From Planctomycetota bacterium (GTDB lineage: Bacteria > Planctomycetota > UBA8108 > SXIK01), in NCBI GenBank assembly GCA_965223265.1, contig OZ244999.1, positions 3,552,001 through 3,616,000 of the forward strand: a stretch of DNA of 64,000 bases, read 5' to 3'. Below are positions 19,896 through 28,964 of this stretch, piece after piece (within the stretch, counting starts at the first letter, position 1; the number at the start of each line of letters is the position of its first letter). The translations under genes and the position numbers were made by a program. The notes beneath the pieces are model-generated. The model was given only the letters and a program-made list of their open reading frames with translations. It did not search any database and had not been told where the DNA came from.

Positions 19896-20140
19896 AGTTT
19901 GGCCATTTCGCGCCGGCCTGGCCGGACGAGTTTCGCGGGAATTCAAAGGCCTTTCGACTTTTTCGTACCCTGAGAAACCCTTGTGCATATTCAAAAACTC
20001 CTGTCCGGCCCTTCGGGGAACGCCAGGAGCGCCGATGCCTGCGTCGCTCCTCCGCCACGATCGCGGCGGGATCGCGTTGTCGTCGCTCCTTGGCCTCGAC
20101 GCTCCTGGCGTTCCCAGGCTCGACGCGAAATGGCCAAACT
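19896..20140. repeat. MITE-like or structured non-coding element with 17-bp terminal inverted repeats
   Basis: AGTTTGGCCATTTCGCG (19896-19912) / CGCGAAATGGCCAAACT (20124-20140), plus two internal stems. Confidence 0.7.
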
Positions 20141-20240
20141 CGAGCTAACAGTCCGTTGAGAAGCCATGCAGCGGACTCCACGGTGCGAGATCTCGGCCGA
20201 GAACGCAGCACCGTGAAGCCGCCGGTTAGCTTGTCATCGC

Positions 20241-21551
20241 CTAGTAGCGGTAGTGGTCCGGCTTGAACGGACCCTCCTGCGGAATGCCGAGGTACTCGGC
20301 CTGCTTCTCGGTCAGGCGAGTCAGCTTGACGCCGAGCTTTTCGAGATGAAGTCGCGCGACCTCTTCGTCGAGCTCCTTTGGCAGCATGTGCACGCCAAGC
20401 GGATAATTCTCCGGCTCCTTCCAGAGGGCGATCTGTGCGAGCACTTGGTTGGTGAAGGAGTTGGACATGACGAACGAGGGATGGCCCGTCGCGCAGCCAA
20501 GATTGACCAGGCGCCCCTCGGCCAAGAGAATGATGCCGTGTCCGTCGGCGAAGACGAACTTGTCGACCTGAGGCTTGATATTGATCGCCTCGATGTCGTT
20601 CTGCGACCGTAGCCACGAGACATCGATCTCAGAGTCGAAGTGACCGATGTTGCAGACGATGGCATCGTTTTTCATCGCTTGCATGTGCTCGCCGCAAATC
20701 ACATCGCAGCAGCCGGTGGCAGTGACGAAGATATCGCCGATCGGCGCAGCTTCTTCCATCGTCACGACCTCGTAGCCTTCCATCGCCGCCTGCAGCGCGA
20801 TGATCGGATCGATTTCGGTGACGAGGACGCGGGCGCCAAGGCCGCGCAGGGCGGTCGCACAGCCCTTACCAACGTCGCCGTACCCGGCCACGATGACGAC
20901 TTTGCCTGCAACCATGATATCCGTCGCCCGCTTGATGCCGTCGGCGAGCGATTCGCGACACCCGTAGAGGTTGTCGAACTTACTCTTGGTGACGGAGTCG
21001 TTGACGTTGATCGCCGGCACCTTGAGCTCGCCCTTCTCGTGCATCTGATAGAGGCGGTGGACGCCCGTCGTCGTCTCTTCCGACAGTCCACGGATACCGT
21101 CGAGGTATTGCGGATACTTCTGATGGACGATCGCGGTCAGGTCACCGCCATCGTCAAGAATCAAGTTGAGCGGCTTGCCGTCGGGGAAGACGATCGTCTG
21201 CTCGATGCACCAGTCGTACTCTTCCTCGGTTTCGCCCTTCCAGGCGTAGACAGGAACGCCGGTTGCCGCGATCGCCGCGGCGGCGTGGTCCTGCGTGCTG
21301 AAGATATTACAACTCGACCAAGTGACCTCGGCGCCAAGTGTGCGCAGCGTCTCGATCAGCACGGCGGTCTGAATCGTCATGTGAAGACAGCCGGCGATGC
21401 GGGCGCCGGCTAGGGGTTTCTCGGCGCCGTACTTTTCGCGCAGTGCCATGAGGCCGGGCATCTCCTGCTCGGCCAAGGTGATTTCCTTGCGGCCCCAGTC
21501 TGCCAGACTCATGTCGGCGACCTTGTACTTCGGACGTGCGATCGTAGTCAC
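20241..21551 (-). CDS. ahcY: Adenosylhomocysteinase (SAH hydrolase)
   Basis: [42 protein letters not shown] and C-terminal [10 protein letters not shown]; GTG 21551 with purine-rich RBS. Confidence 0.98.
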   Translation of the reverse strand: MTTIARPKYKVADMSLADWGRKEITLAEQEMPGLMALREKYGAEKPLAGARIAGCLHMTIQTAVLIETLRTLGAEVTWSSCNIFSTQDHAAAAIAATGVPVYAWKGETEEEYDWCIEQTIVFPDGKPLNLILDDGGDLTAIVHQKYPQYLDGIRGLSEETTTGVHRLYQMHEKGELKVPAINVNDSVTKSKFDNLYGCRESLADGIKRATDIMVAGKVVIVAGYGDVGKGCATALRGLGARVLVTEIDPIIALQAAMEGYEVVTMEEAAPIGDIFVTATGCCDVICGEHMQAMKNDAIVCNIGHFDSEIDVSWLRSQNDIEAINIKPQVDKFVFADGHGIILLAEGRLVNLGCATGHPSFVMSNSFTNQVLAQIALWKEPENYPLGVHMLPKELDEEVARLHLEKLGVKLTRLTEKQAEYLGIPQEGPFKPDHYRY

Positions 21552-21636
21552 GTTTCCTTGCTCCTCAAAGAGTTTGAGATAGGTTAACTGTTCACGAGTG
21601 AGCGCCCATGACGAGCGCGAAGAACGGCTCGCGCAC

Positions 21637-22575
21637 TCAAACATTGAGTGCGCGGGCATGCGCAATGACGACTGACGGCTGCTGCGCTGTCGTCTCGATT
21701 GTTTTCAGCTCCTCTAATGCAAAGCCGCTGGTGTCGAGCCAACTCTCCAGCTCGGCACCCTCGAAACCCAACCACAGATCGCCGAGTTTTTCGCGATAGT
21801 CCTCAACGCTGTGGCGCGCGAAATCCGCTACGACGAGGGCGCCGCCCGATCGCAGTGCCCGCCTCGCTTCCTTCAGCGCGTCGGGAGGGTTCGCGACGTG
21901 ATGAAGCACCATATGCGCCACCATCATATCGGCCATTTCGTTGGCAAGCGGTAGATGTTCTAAGGTTCCAAGCCGAAGCTCGACGTTGGTTAGCTCGCTC
22001 GCTACGCAGTTGCTTCCTGCGACGCGGAGCATTTCGGGGGAGGCATCGATGCCGATGACTTTTTCGGCCCGCGCACTGAGGTGGGGCAGCAAGACGCCGG
22101 TGCCGGTGCCAAGGTCGACAAGCGTCGTCACGGGATCGATCCGTTCGAGAAGTTGCTCGAGATATCCCGACGGTCCCTGGACGGCGTCGCGGCGGCGATC
22201 CCACTGGTCGGCAACCTTGCGGAAGAACCGGCTCGACTGCTCACGCCGCCGCGCTAGACAAGCCTCCACTGCGTCGCGTTCGCCGTTCAGGTTGGTTTGC
22301 AGCTCGTGACCCAAGACGCGTAGGTATCGCAGCGGTGAATCGCCACGCTGCTGCCACCGCTCCGAAAGGCGGTAGTAGACCCACACACCGTCACGCTTTG
22401 CCTCGAGAAGTCCAGCCTCAACGAGAATCCTCAGGTGACGCGACACCCGCGACTGACCAAGCCCGAGAATGCTCACCAGCTCGTTGACGTTGAAGGCGCC
22501 GGACTGTAAGACCGCGGCGATGCGCAGGCGCGTAGGGTCCGCCAGGGCTTTGAAGCTGACCAGGTAGGGCTCCAT
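21637..22575 (-). CDS. sahR: ArsR-family HTH fused to SAM-methyltransferase-like domain (SahR-like regulator)
   Basis: [12 protein letters not shown]...[11 protein letters not shown] plus DLGTGTG SAM motif; lies directly upstream of ahcY. Confidence 0.85.
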   Translation of the reverse strand: MEPYLVSFKALADPTRLRIAAVLQSGAFNVNELVSILGLGQSRVSRHLRILVEAGLLEAKRDGVWVYYRLSERWQQRGDSPLRYLRVLGHELQTNLNGERDAVEACLARRREQSSRFFRKVADQWDRRRDAVQGPSGYLEQLLERIDPVTTLVDLGTGTGVLLPHLSARAEKVIGIDASPEMLRVAGSNCVASELTNVELRLGTLEHLPLANEMADMMVAHMVLHHVANPPDALKEARRALRSGGALVVADFARHSVEDYREKLGDLWLGFEGAELESWLDTSGFALEELKTIETTAQQPSVVIAHARALNV

Positions 22576-22585
22576 AACGAAATCA

Positions 22586-22609
22586 ATATATCTGGAATTC
22601 TAGATATAT
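22586..22609. promoter_or_regulatory. Palindromic operator, likely SahR site, overlapping a sigma70-like promoter
   Basis: ATATATCTGGAATTCTAGATATAT is a 24-bp palindrome with one mismatched pair, 10 nt upstream of the sahR ATG. The minus strand reads TTGATA-N16-TATATT across it. Confidence 0.75.
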
Positions 22610-22751
22610 CAAGCTTGTTTGGGTTAGGCCACGCTCGCTGGAAACCCTTTGCAGAAGCCGGTCATCGGCAGGCTCTTCAGCGCTTGCAGGAAAGCCCCGA
22701 AAGTATCAAAGGGTAGGATTCTGGGAGTAGGCCATCGAAAGAGGCTCCGGT

Positions 22752-24005
22752 GTGAAGAGAAATCCTCAACCTTCGTACAGTCTTCATGTCGGCCCTTTTT
22801 TGGTGCGCACTGTCGCCGTGTTCACGCTGGGTCTCTCCGTTGGCTGCAGCTGCGCGCCGCGTCAATCTGTTGGCCTCGTTTTCGACGCCGCCCTGGCGCC
22901 GTCGTCCAGCGACGAGTGGGCGAAACGGGACGCGTTGGTAGCCAAGGCCAAGACCGACCCGGACCTGCATGCGGACCTCGTCGAGTTTGCTGTCGGCCGC
23001 GTTCGAGCCATCAACAATCCCCAAAGTCAGGGGGGCCGTTTGTTTCGACTGCTACGCGACCTTGAGGCTCGAAGCACCTTGCCGCTACTCGAGGAGTACT
23101 GGGCACGGCTTGACAAACGTGTCTACTCGCAGCTGAAATCCGATCCGCGCACACAGCTGCTTGAGACGATGAGCGCTCTTCGAGATGCCCCCAATCGCCT
23201 GCGATTTCTAAGCCAAGTGTTGGACGACAGTCGAGAGGCGCTTCAGGTGCGCTTCCGGGCGCTCATCCTGCTGGCGAGAGACTGCGGCGAGAAAGGAGCG
23301 CAGCGGGTCGTCGATTGGATCGATGACCGTCAGGAGAAATTCGGCCGAACTCGACGTGGCGCTGAGCCCTCGCAATCCCCGTCCATTGCCAGCGACCAAG
23401 ACGGTGACGGCCTGTCCCACGAAAATGAGGTGACCTGGTTTCTCGACTCTCATGTCGGTGACACCGACGGCGACAATCTACTGGACGGGAACGACCGCAA
23501 TCCGCTCACAAAGCCCGCTAGCACCTACACTGAAGACCACCTCATCGCCCAGCGATTGTTTCTGATATATGCGACATTCCTGGCCGACGACGGGAGTAGC
23601 GAGATATGGCCCGGGCACTCAGGCAAGGCGCCGTTCCCTCAGAACAGTGTGCTCATCGTAGAGAACGTGGACAGCTATGACGGTGAAGGCAATCCCAGTT
23701 TGTTGAGTGGACAAGAACTCACCGGAGTCGACTCCGTGGTGTTAGGAATGAGTGAATTTCAACTGCGGGAGTTTCGTCAACGCCAAGGGCACAGTCGGCA
23801 TGCTCCCATCGTTGGCCTCCATCGTTTCTCGGGCGAGCAATACCGACTGACGGGGTTCGGTACGATCGGTTCGGACGCTCGTGCGTATTCCCTAACGCAG
23901 ACCTTTCGCCGCGGCATTGCCAACAGCTGGAGAATAGTGGTTCGGAAGGTCGGCGGTCATTGGGTGCCCGTCCGTTGGACGATCGGTTACTTGGCATGCG
24001 GGTGA
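22752..24005 (+). CDS. Hypothetical lipoprotein with helical repeats and DxDxDG Ca-binding-type repeats
   Basis: LSVGC lipobox-like; DQDGDGLS...DTDGDNLLDGND, thrombospondin type-3-like. Confidence 0.65.
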   Translation: MKRNPQPSYSLHVGPFLVRTVAVFTLGLSVGCSCAPRQSVGLVFDAALAPSSSDEWAKRDALVAKAKTDPDLHADLVEFAVGRVRAINNPQSQGGRLFRLLRDLEARSTLPLLEEYWARLDKRVYSQLKSDPRTQLLETMSALRDAPNRLRFLSQVLDDSREALQVRFRALILLARDCGEKGAQRVVDWIDDRQEKFGRTRRGAEPSQSPSIASDQDGDGLSHENEVTWFLDSHVGDTDGDNLLDGNDRNPLTKPASTYTEDHLIAQRLFLIYATFLADDGSSEIWPGHSGKAPFPQNSVLIVENVDSYDGEGNPSLLSGQELTGVDSVVLGMSEFQLREFRQRQGHSRHAPIVGLHRFSGEQYRLTGFGTIGSDARAYSLTQTFRRGIANSWRIVVRKVGGHWVPVRWTIGYLACG

Positions 24006-24162
24006 CAGTCCAGTCGTCAGTCCAAAAACTGTCGAAGGGGTCAGAGGTAACGACGTGTATCGGTCGGCGTGATTCCCAGCGGAACGTGAAGGAGTCCCTG
24101 CGCCTCCAGACGACGAGTCGAGCTCAGATCTCGCTTCGGAACTCCCGTCGGGCCCCTCCGCG

Positions 24163-24690
24163 TCACGAGTCGGGCGGCTCGGGCGAGACGTCGTGGACGG
24201 TCACCTCGCGCCGGTGAGTCTTCTCAGGGCGTGTCTTCTCCGTAGTTGGAGGAGTCCGTGACGAAGGCTCGGAGCGGTGCGTCTCGTCCTCCGTGCGATA
24301 CCCGGTGACATGGAAGTGTAGTCTCCCGGTGTCGATCGCGCGCCTGGCCCAGGCGGTCACCGCTTTTCGGATGAGCGCTCGCGTCGGCGGTAACAGACAA
24401 AGGAATCCGACGACGTCAGTGATCACCCCTGGCGTCACGAGAAGAGCCCCCGCGACGAGAATCATCACCCCGTCCAAGAGTGCATTCGCCGGCATCTCGC
24501 CGGCTCCGACCTGCTGCTGCAGCCGAGCCAGGACTCCTGTTCCCTGGCGCCGGGCCAGCCAAGCCCCGGCGACGCCGGTAGCGACGATTAAGAGAAGAGT
24601 TCCCGGGGTGCCGATCAACCTACCGAGTTGGATCAGAAGGACGAGCTCGACGGCCGGAAGAACAATGAAGAGCAGAAAAAAATAGTGCAT
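24163..24690 (-). CDS. fxsA: FxsA family membrane protein
   Basis: LFIVLPAVELVLLI...GAWLARRQG...GALLVTPGVITDVVG...PPTR signature. Confidence 0.9.
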   Translation of the reverse strand: MHYFFLLFIVLPAVELVLLIQLGRLIGTPGTLLLIVATGVAGAWLARRQGTGVLARLQQQVGAGEMPANALLDGVMILVAGALLVTPGVITDVVGFLCLLPPTRALIRKAVTAWARRAIDTGRLHFHVTGYRTEDETHRSEPSSRTPPTTEKTRPEKTHRREVTVHDVSPEPPDS

Positions 24691-24990
24691 GACTGCACTG
24701 TTTCTAATCTCTTTCCCGTCCTCGCGCAACCGTTTCGGAATCACACGATCCGTCTACCCTTTGGGCGTACGGGACGAACGCGTCGTCGAGACGAGTCAGA
24801 GCATACCGCGGCAACCGGGCACCGTATCGTCGGGCACAGTTTTTGGATGATAGTACGGTGTAAACAGTCCGCCTGAGAGACCCGTTGGTCAGGCAGCGGT
24901 TGAGGATTCGGAAAAGGCAGGGTCCGCTCATCAACTCTTTCTGCCGCGGTCTGTGGAGGAAAAGAAGCCGGTAGAGGAAGAGAGCGGAAG

Positions 24991-25377
24991 ATGAGAGATT
25001 CCTGGCTCAAAGCTGGAAGCTGGGTCTGCCTGACCCTGAGCGTGCTGGGGATCGGCATGATCGCCTTCAAAGCCTCCCGGTCGGTGCCAGACAGTGCCGA
25101 TCACACTTCGGCGCACGCTGCGGACACGAGATCCGCGCCTTATCAGCCGAACGTAGCCGCACCAAAGGACGACTCCGCGACGATCCGACGAGACATAGAG
25201 ACGAGTCTCGTGGATGAGTGGCGACGCTCCGGCTACGCAGCGAGCACGCGGTCGCGGCACCGCAGCATCGCCGTTGTGCGTGACGATGAGAAAGACTGCA
25301 ATCGTGAATTCGACGCAGCAAGCCAACGTCGCGTCGCTGAAACCGAAAGACTCCTCGGAGTGTCGAAAGAAAAATGA
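24991..25377 (+). CDS. Hypothetical membrane-anchored protein, first gene of pilin cluster
   Basis: N-terminal TM helix; its stop overlaps the next start (ATGA 25374-25377). Confidence 0.55.
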   Translation: MRDSWLKAGSWVCLTLSVLGIGMIAFKASRSVPDSADHTSAHAADTRSAPYQPNVAAPKDDSATIRRDIETSLVDEWRRSGYAASTRSRHRSIAVVRDDEKDCNREFDAASQRRVAETERLLGVSKEK

Positions 25378-25910
25378 ACAACACCTTCTCGAGTTCACTG
25401 TCCCACCCGCGCCCACGAAACGACGGAACGACGCTCCTGGAGCTCGCCGCAGCGCTCGCGGTTTTCACCACGCTCGTCCTGGTCGCAGTGCAAAGCCTCC
25501 TTCACAGTCGGCGTCTGTCCTTCGAGTCCGAACTCTACAGAATCGCTCGTCAGGCTGCTCACAATGAGCTCGAGCGTCTCAAAAGTCTCCCGTTTCCTGA
25601 GCTGGCGCGAGCGGCCAACGGTCACGAGTTTTCTGTTAACGATCTGCCGGCGCGCAGCGGCGAAGCAGCAGCGATTGGAACGGTTCGCGTCTTTTTGGAC
25701 GAGGACGATAGCGACAGTCCAGCGTTCAGTGGCGCCGGTTTCGATCTCGACGGCAGCGGCACACGAGACGACACGCTGACGGTGGACAGCCGATATCGAG
25801 TTCTCCCGGTGAGGATCGATGTTCTTTGGGAGAGCTCCGGCGTGGTGAACCGATACCGACTTGATGCGGTCGTGAGCTCACGAAACGATTTCATGAGAAT
25901 GGAAGGATGA
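25374..25910 (+). CDS. Type IV minor pilin/pseudopilin (PilV-like)
   Basis: Class III signal NDG|TTLLE followed by a hydrophobic helix. Confidence 0.8.
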   Translation: MNNTFSSSLSHPRPRNDGTTLLELAAALAVFTTLVLVAVQSLLHSRRLSFESELYRIARQAAHNELERLKSLPFPELARAANGHEFSVNDLPARSGEAAAIGTVRVFLDEDDSDSPAFSGAGFDLDGSGTRDDTLTVDSRYRVLPVRIDVLWESSGVVNRYRLDAVVSSRNDFMRMEG

Positions 25911-26599
25911 CGAGGAAAATCATGTCCATGCGACGACTGGTCCCAGGCGTCACGCTCCGGCAAGGCGGCTTCACACTCGTTGAGCTCGTCATTGTGCTTT
26001 TTCTGACGTCCGTGCTCGTGTCGATGATCGGTGTGATCCTGGTCACGGCGAACTGTCTCGGAGTCGACGTTCAAGTGACGACGACCGGCACCGCCCTCAG
26101 CAACCGCGTCGCGGACACACTCGCCCGCCAGCTGAGCTCTGGTGTGGACATCATCAACTCAAACGACACCTCGGTCGTCTTTCAGGAGCCAGTCGACGCC
26201 GATGGCGACGGCGACGTCTTCGACGCGGGTGGCAACATTCAGTGGGGCGCCGAGGGCATTCTCGGCTGGACCTACGAGTATGTCTGGATCGAACGCCGGT
26301 CCGTCGATGAACACAGCGTCGGATTGGATCTCAACTCCGACGGCGACTCGACAGACGAGTTTCCTGCCGGAGAAATCGTGCTACGCGTCCTCGACGCAGG
26401 TGGAGTCGAGCAGGAGCGACGCACCGTCTCTGGCGGCGCCGACGTTCTTCAGAGCAAGACCGACGACATAGAACCGATCTTCGCGATGCCGACTCCGACG
26501 CTTTTGGAAGTCACGCTGACAACACCCGTCTCACGCTTCTCCAGCGGGCGGACGACCTCGCAAAGTTTCTCGAGTCGTCGCTTCATCAGCCTTCAATGA
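25907..26599 (+). CDS. Type IV minor pilin/pseudopilin (PilW-like)
   Basis: Class III signal QGG|FTLVELVIV; ATGA overlap with the previous gene. Confidence 0.85.
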   Translation: MTRKIMSMRRLVPGVTLRQGGFTLVELVIVLFLTSVLVSMIGVILVTANCLGVDVQVTTTGTALSNRVADTLARQLSSGVDIINSNDTSVVFQEPVDADGDGDVFDAGGNIQWGAEGILGWTYEYVWIERRSVDEHSVGLDLNSDGDSTDEFPAGEIVLRVLDAGGVEQERRTVSGGADVLQSKTDDIEPIFAMPTPTLLEVTLTTPVSRFSSGRTTSQSFSSRRFISLQ

Positions 26600-26627
26600 G
26601 AGTTCAGCAATTGATAACGAGGGAGAT

Positions 26628-28928
26628 ATGTCGACTGTGAAGGTAAATTTCAGTGACCGCAGCGATCGACGCGCTGGCGCCGGCCTCGTGGTCGTTCTCA
26701 TCATCGGAGTTGTGATCGCCGGCATCGTCGGCATCACCACGTTTCTTGCCACCAATGGTAGTGTCGCCAACGCTGAGTGGGACCGTATCGTCAGCGAAAC
26801 AGTGGAGTGCGAGTCTGTCGCCGAACTCATGCGTGCCGAAGTCGTCGCCGACTTCGAAGCGTCGAAGCTGCCGACGGGCATCTGGCTGGAGGAAGTGAGA
26901 TCCGGCCAGCGCTTTGGTTCAGACGATGTGCGGAGTTTCCCCGCTTTTCCTGACGTGCAGGCGTGGGTTGACGAGGTCTCGCCCGTCGGTGAAGGCTCGC
27001 TTTGGGTGGAAGTCGTCGGTGCGACGGTGCTCGGCACGACGCGTGGGGGACAGAGCGTCCGTAAGCGACTCCACTTCGGCGTCGCCGGCGTCATGGAGTT
27101 CGCAATCCTGACCAAGACCGTCAACTGTATGTTTTGCCATGTCAACGTCACAGGGGATGTCGGCTCGCTCGGTCGCTTTCGACCCGGCTGGTCCGCCAAC
27201 AACTCCGGCGTCGGCAAAATCTTTGGCGACCTCTACGTGGCTGCCGACGCGGTCGAAGGCACCGGAAGCTATCGCGACACACTCAACGGCGTCGAATTCG
27301 ATGGCGACCTCCACGAGTACTACGTAGGCCCAAAGCTACCCGAAGACACGAACGAAGACGGCGAGCCTGATTTCCCCGCGATCGATCCTGCCGTGGCACG
27401 CGAGCGAGCTGGCGGCGGTGTTTGGAGTGGTGGCAGCACCAATCAAGCTGGGGATGGTTCTGGCGTCTGGGTGACACCACTTCTTGGCTCCTGGGACCCC
27501 GACGGTCCCGCGCTCAGCACGCCTCCCGCCGGTGCCACCGGCTCGACGTGGAGGCCAGCAAACAGCGACGCCCTCGGATCGGTCGTCGAAGGCAACCTGA
27601 CCATCGTCGGCACCAAAGATCACCCCATCCAACTGAACGGCGATGTTTACGTCACTGGCGATGTGGTGCTGAAGGGTTACGTCTCGGGTCAAGGCGCGGT
27701 CTACTCGGGTCGTAACATCTACTTGGCCGGCGATGTCGTCTACAGCGACGGACCCGATGCCATGGCGAACGACCAAGACGCCATCACCGCCATCAAGTCG
27801 AGGAAGGACGAACTGCGGCTCGCCGCCCGATCGAACATCGTTCTTGGCGACTGGACGTACATGAACGCGGACGGCACTCTTCAAGGCATGCGCGACCGTC
27901 AGGCGCAGTCTTTCATAAGCAGCGCACATGATCTGGATGAGGTGCGTTACTATAAGGCGAGTGACGAGCAGGAATCGTCGATCGAGCTGACGAAGGTGAA
28001 TGAGAAGTTCTTCGACGATCTCGGTAACGAGGTCGCCAGCAGCGATGTGATCAGCGTCGACAGTACGAACTCGATGGGCCCCAGCTCCGGCACGCGCGTC
28101 TATCCCGAGCGCTACGATTCAGTGATCGCTCCGGGGCAGGTGCAAGCCGATGGCTCGTTCAACCAGTGGCTGAGCCAAGAGCAGTTTCGCGACATTCTGG
28201 GAACGAAGAACTACGACGACATGATGTGGCGCGCGAGCCTCCCCAACGATTCGACAATCGTCGACAAGGAACTCGGCGCCGGTTGGAGCAGCAAGCTCAG
28301 TGGAGCGGGCAGAGATGCGGTGTACGATCACGACTTCTACGGTGAACCGGGCCTGGGTCAGTACGTCTCGAAGTCAGGATCGCTGACGCAGGTCATCGAG
28401 ACCGGATCGAAGCCGTGGCCGACCGCGGTCGAACGCGTCGACGCGTTTCTCTATAGCAACCGTCGCATCTCCGGACTGACGCCAATGGTCGCAGGGCTCA
28501 CGGTTAACGGCGGCCTTGTCGCTCGTGAGATTCAGCTCCTGGCGCCGGGACTCGGGAATCACATGAACTGGTTCAAGAAGCCGACGCGCGGCGATGTCGC
28601 AGACTTTCCAGCGATGGCCTGGCAGCAATCGGGCACGACGAGCCAGCACGGCGACGCGCAGGACGCGTTTTACGTCAACTACGACTATCGGCTTCGTAAC
28701 GGCGGCATGGGGTTCAACCTCATTCCCACGAACACGGGCGATGCCATCCTGGCCGTGCGCGGCGGGAAGGAAGTACCGCCCGAGAAGTCAGAAGGGTCGC
28801 CGACCGAAGAACCGGTCGACGGCAGTCGCAGCGACAACTCTGGACCAGGTAGCGACAGCTCTGGGTCTGATAGTGGCAGCGACAACTCCGGCCCCGGAAA
28901 CGCAGAGGAAACCACAACGACGCTATAG
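26628..28928 (+). CDS. Large PilX/GspK-like pilin with CxxCH motif and predicted beta-solenoid
   Basis: RRAG|AGLVVVLII signal lacking E+5; CMFCH at 27126-27140; GDVYVTGDVVLKG-type repeats. Confidence 0.75.
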   Translation: MSTVKVNFSDRSDRRAGAGLVVVLIIGVVIAGIVGITTFLATNGSVANAEWDRIVSETVECESVAELMRAEVVADFEASKLPTGIWLEEVRSGQRFGSDDVRSFPAFPDVQAWVDEVSPVGEGSLWVEVVGATVLGTTRGGQSVRKRLHFGVAGVMEFAILTKTVNCMFCHVNVTGDVGSLGRFRPGWSANNSGVGKIFGDLYVAADAVEGTGSYRDTLNGVEFDGDLHEYYVGPKLPEDTNEDGEPDFPAIDPAVARERAGGGVWSGGSTNQAGDGSGVWVTPLLGSWDPDGPALSTPPAGATGSTWRPANSDALGSVVEGNLTIVGTKDHPIQLNGDVYVTGDVVLKGYVSGQGAVYSGRNIYLAGDVVYSDGPDAMANDQDAITAIKSRKDELRLAARSNIVLGDWTYMNADGTLQGMRDRQAQSFISSAHDLDEVRYYKASDEQESSIELTKVNEKFFDDLGNEVASSDVISVDSTNSMGPSSGTRVYPERYDSVIAPGQVQADGSFNQWLSQEQFRDILGTKNYDDMMWRASLPNDSTIVDKELGAGWSSKLSGAGRDAVYDHDFYGEPGLGQYVSKSGSLTQVIETGSKPWPTAVERVDAFLYSNRRISGLTPMVAGLTVNGGLVAREIQLLAPGLGNHMNWFKKPTRGDVADFPAMAWQQSGTTSQHGDAQDAFYVNYDYRLRNGGMGFNLIPTNTGDAILAVRGGKEVPPEKSEGSPTEEPVDGSRSDNSGPGSDSSGSDSGSDNSGPGNAEETTTTL

Positions 28929-28964
28929 CGTGTACGTGCGCAGTCGAGACGGTTCAGATTGAGA

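Noticed and set aside
19560-20616. ORFs 19560..19766, 19606..20148 and 19849..20616
   Set aside because: They run through the element end and palindromic DNA or overlap ahcY, and lack family motifs.
21552-21636. SAH riboswitch upstream of ahcY
   Set aside because: Only a GGCGCTCAC-like 3' piece is present and the 5' GAGGAGCG-TGC core was not found. A SahR-type regulator already explains control.
22623-22629. GTTAGGC as an integron core site before the orphan lipoprotein
   Set aside because: No matching inverse core or attC hairpin was found after the gene.
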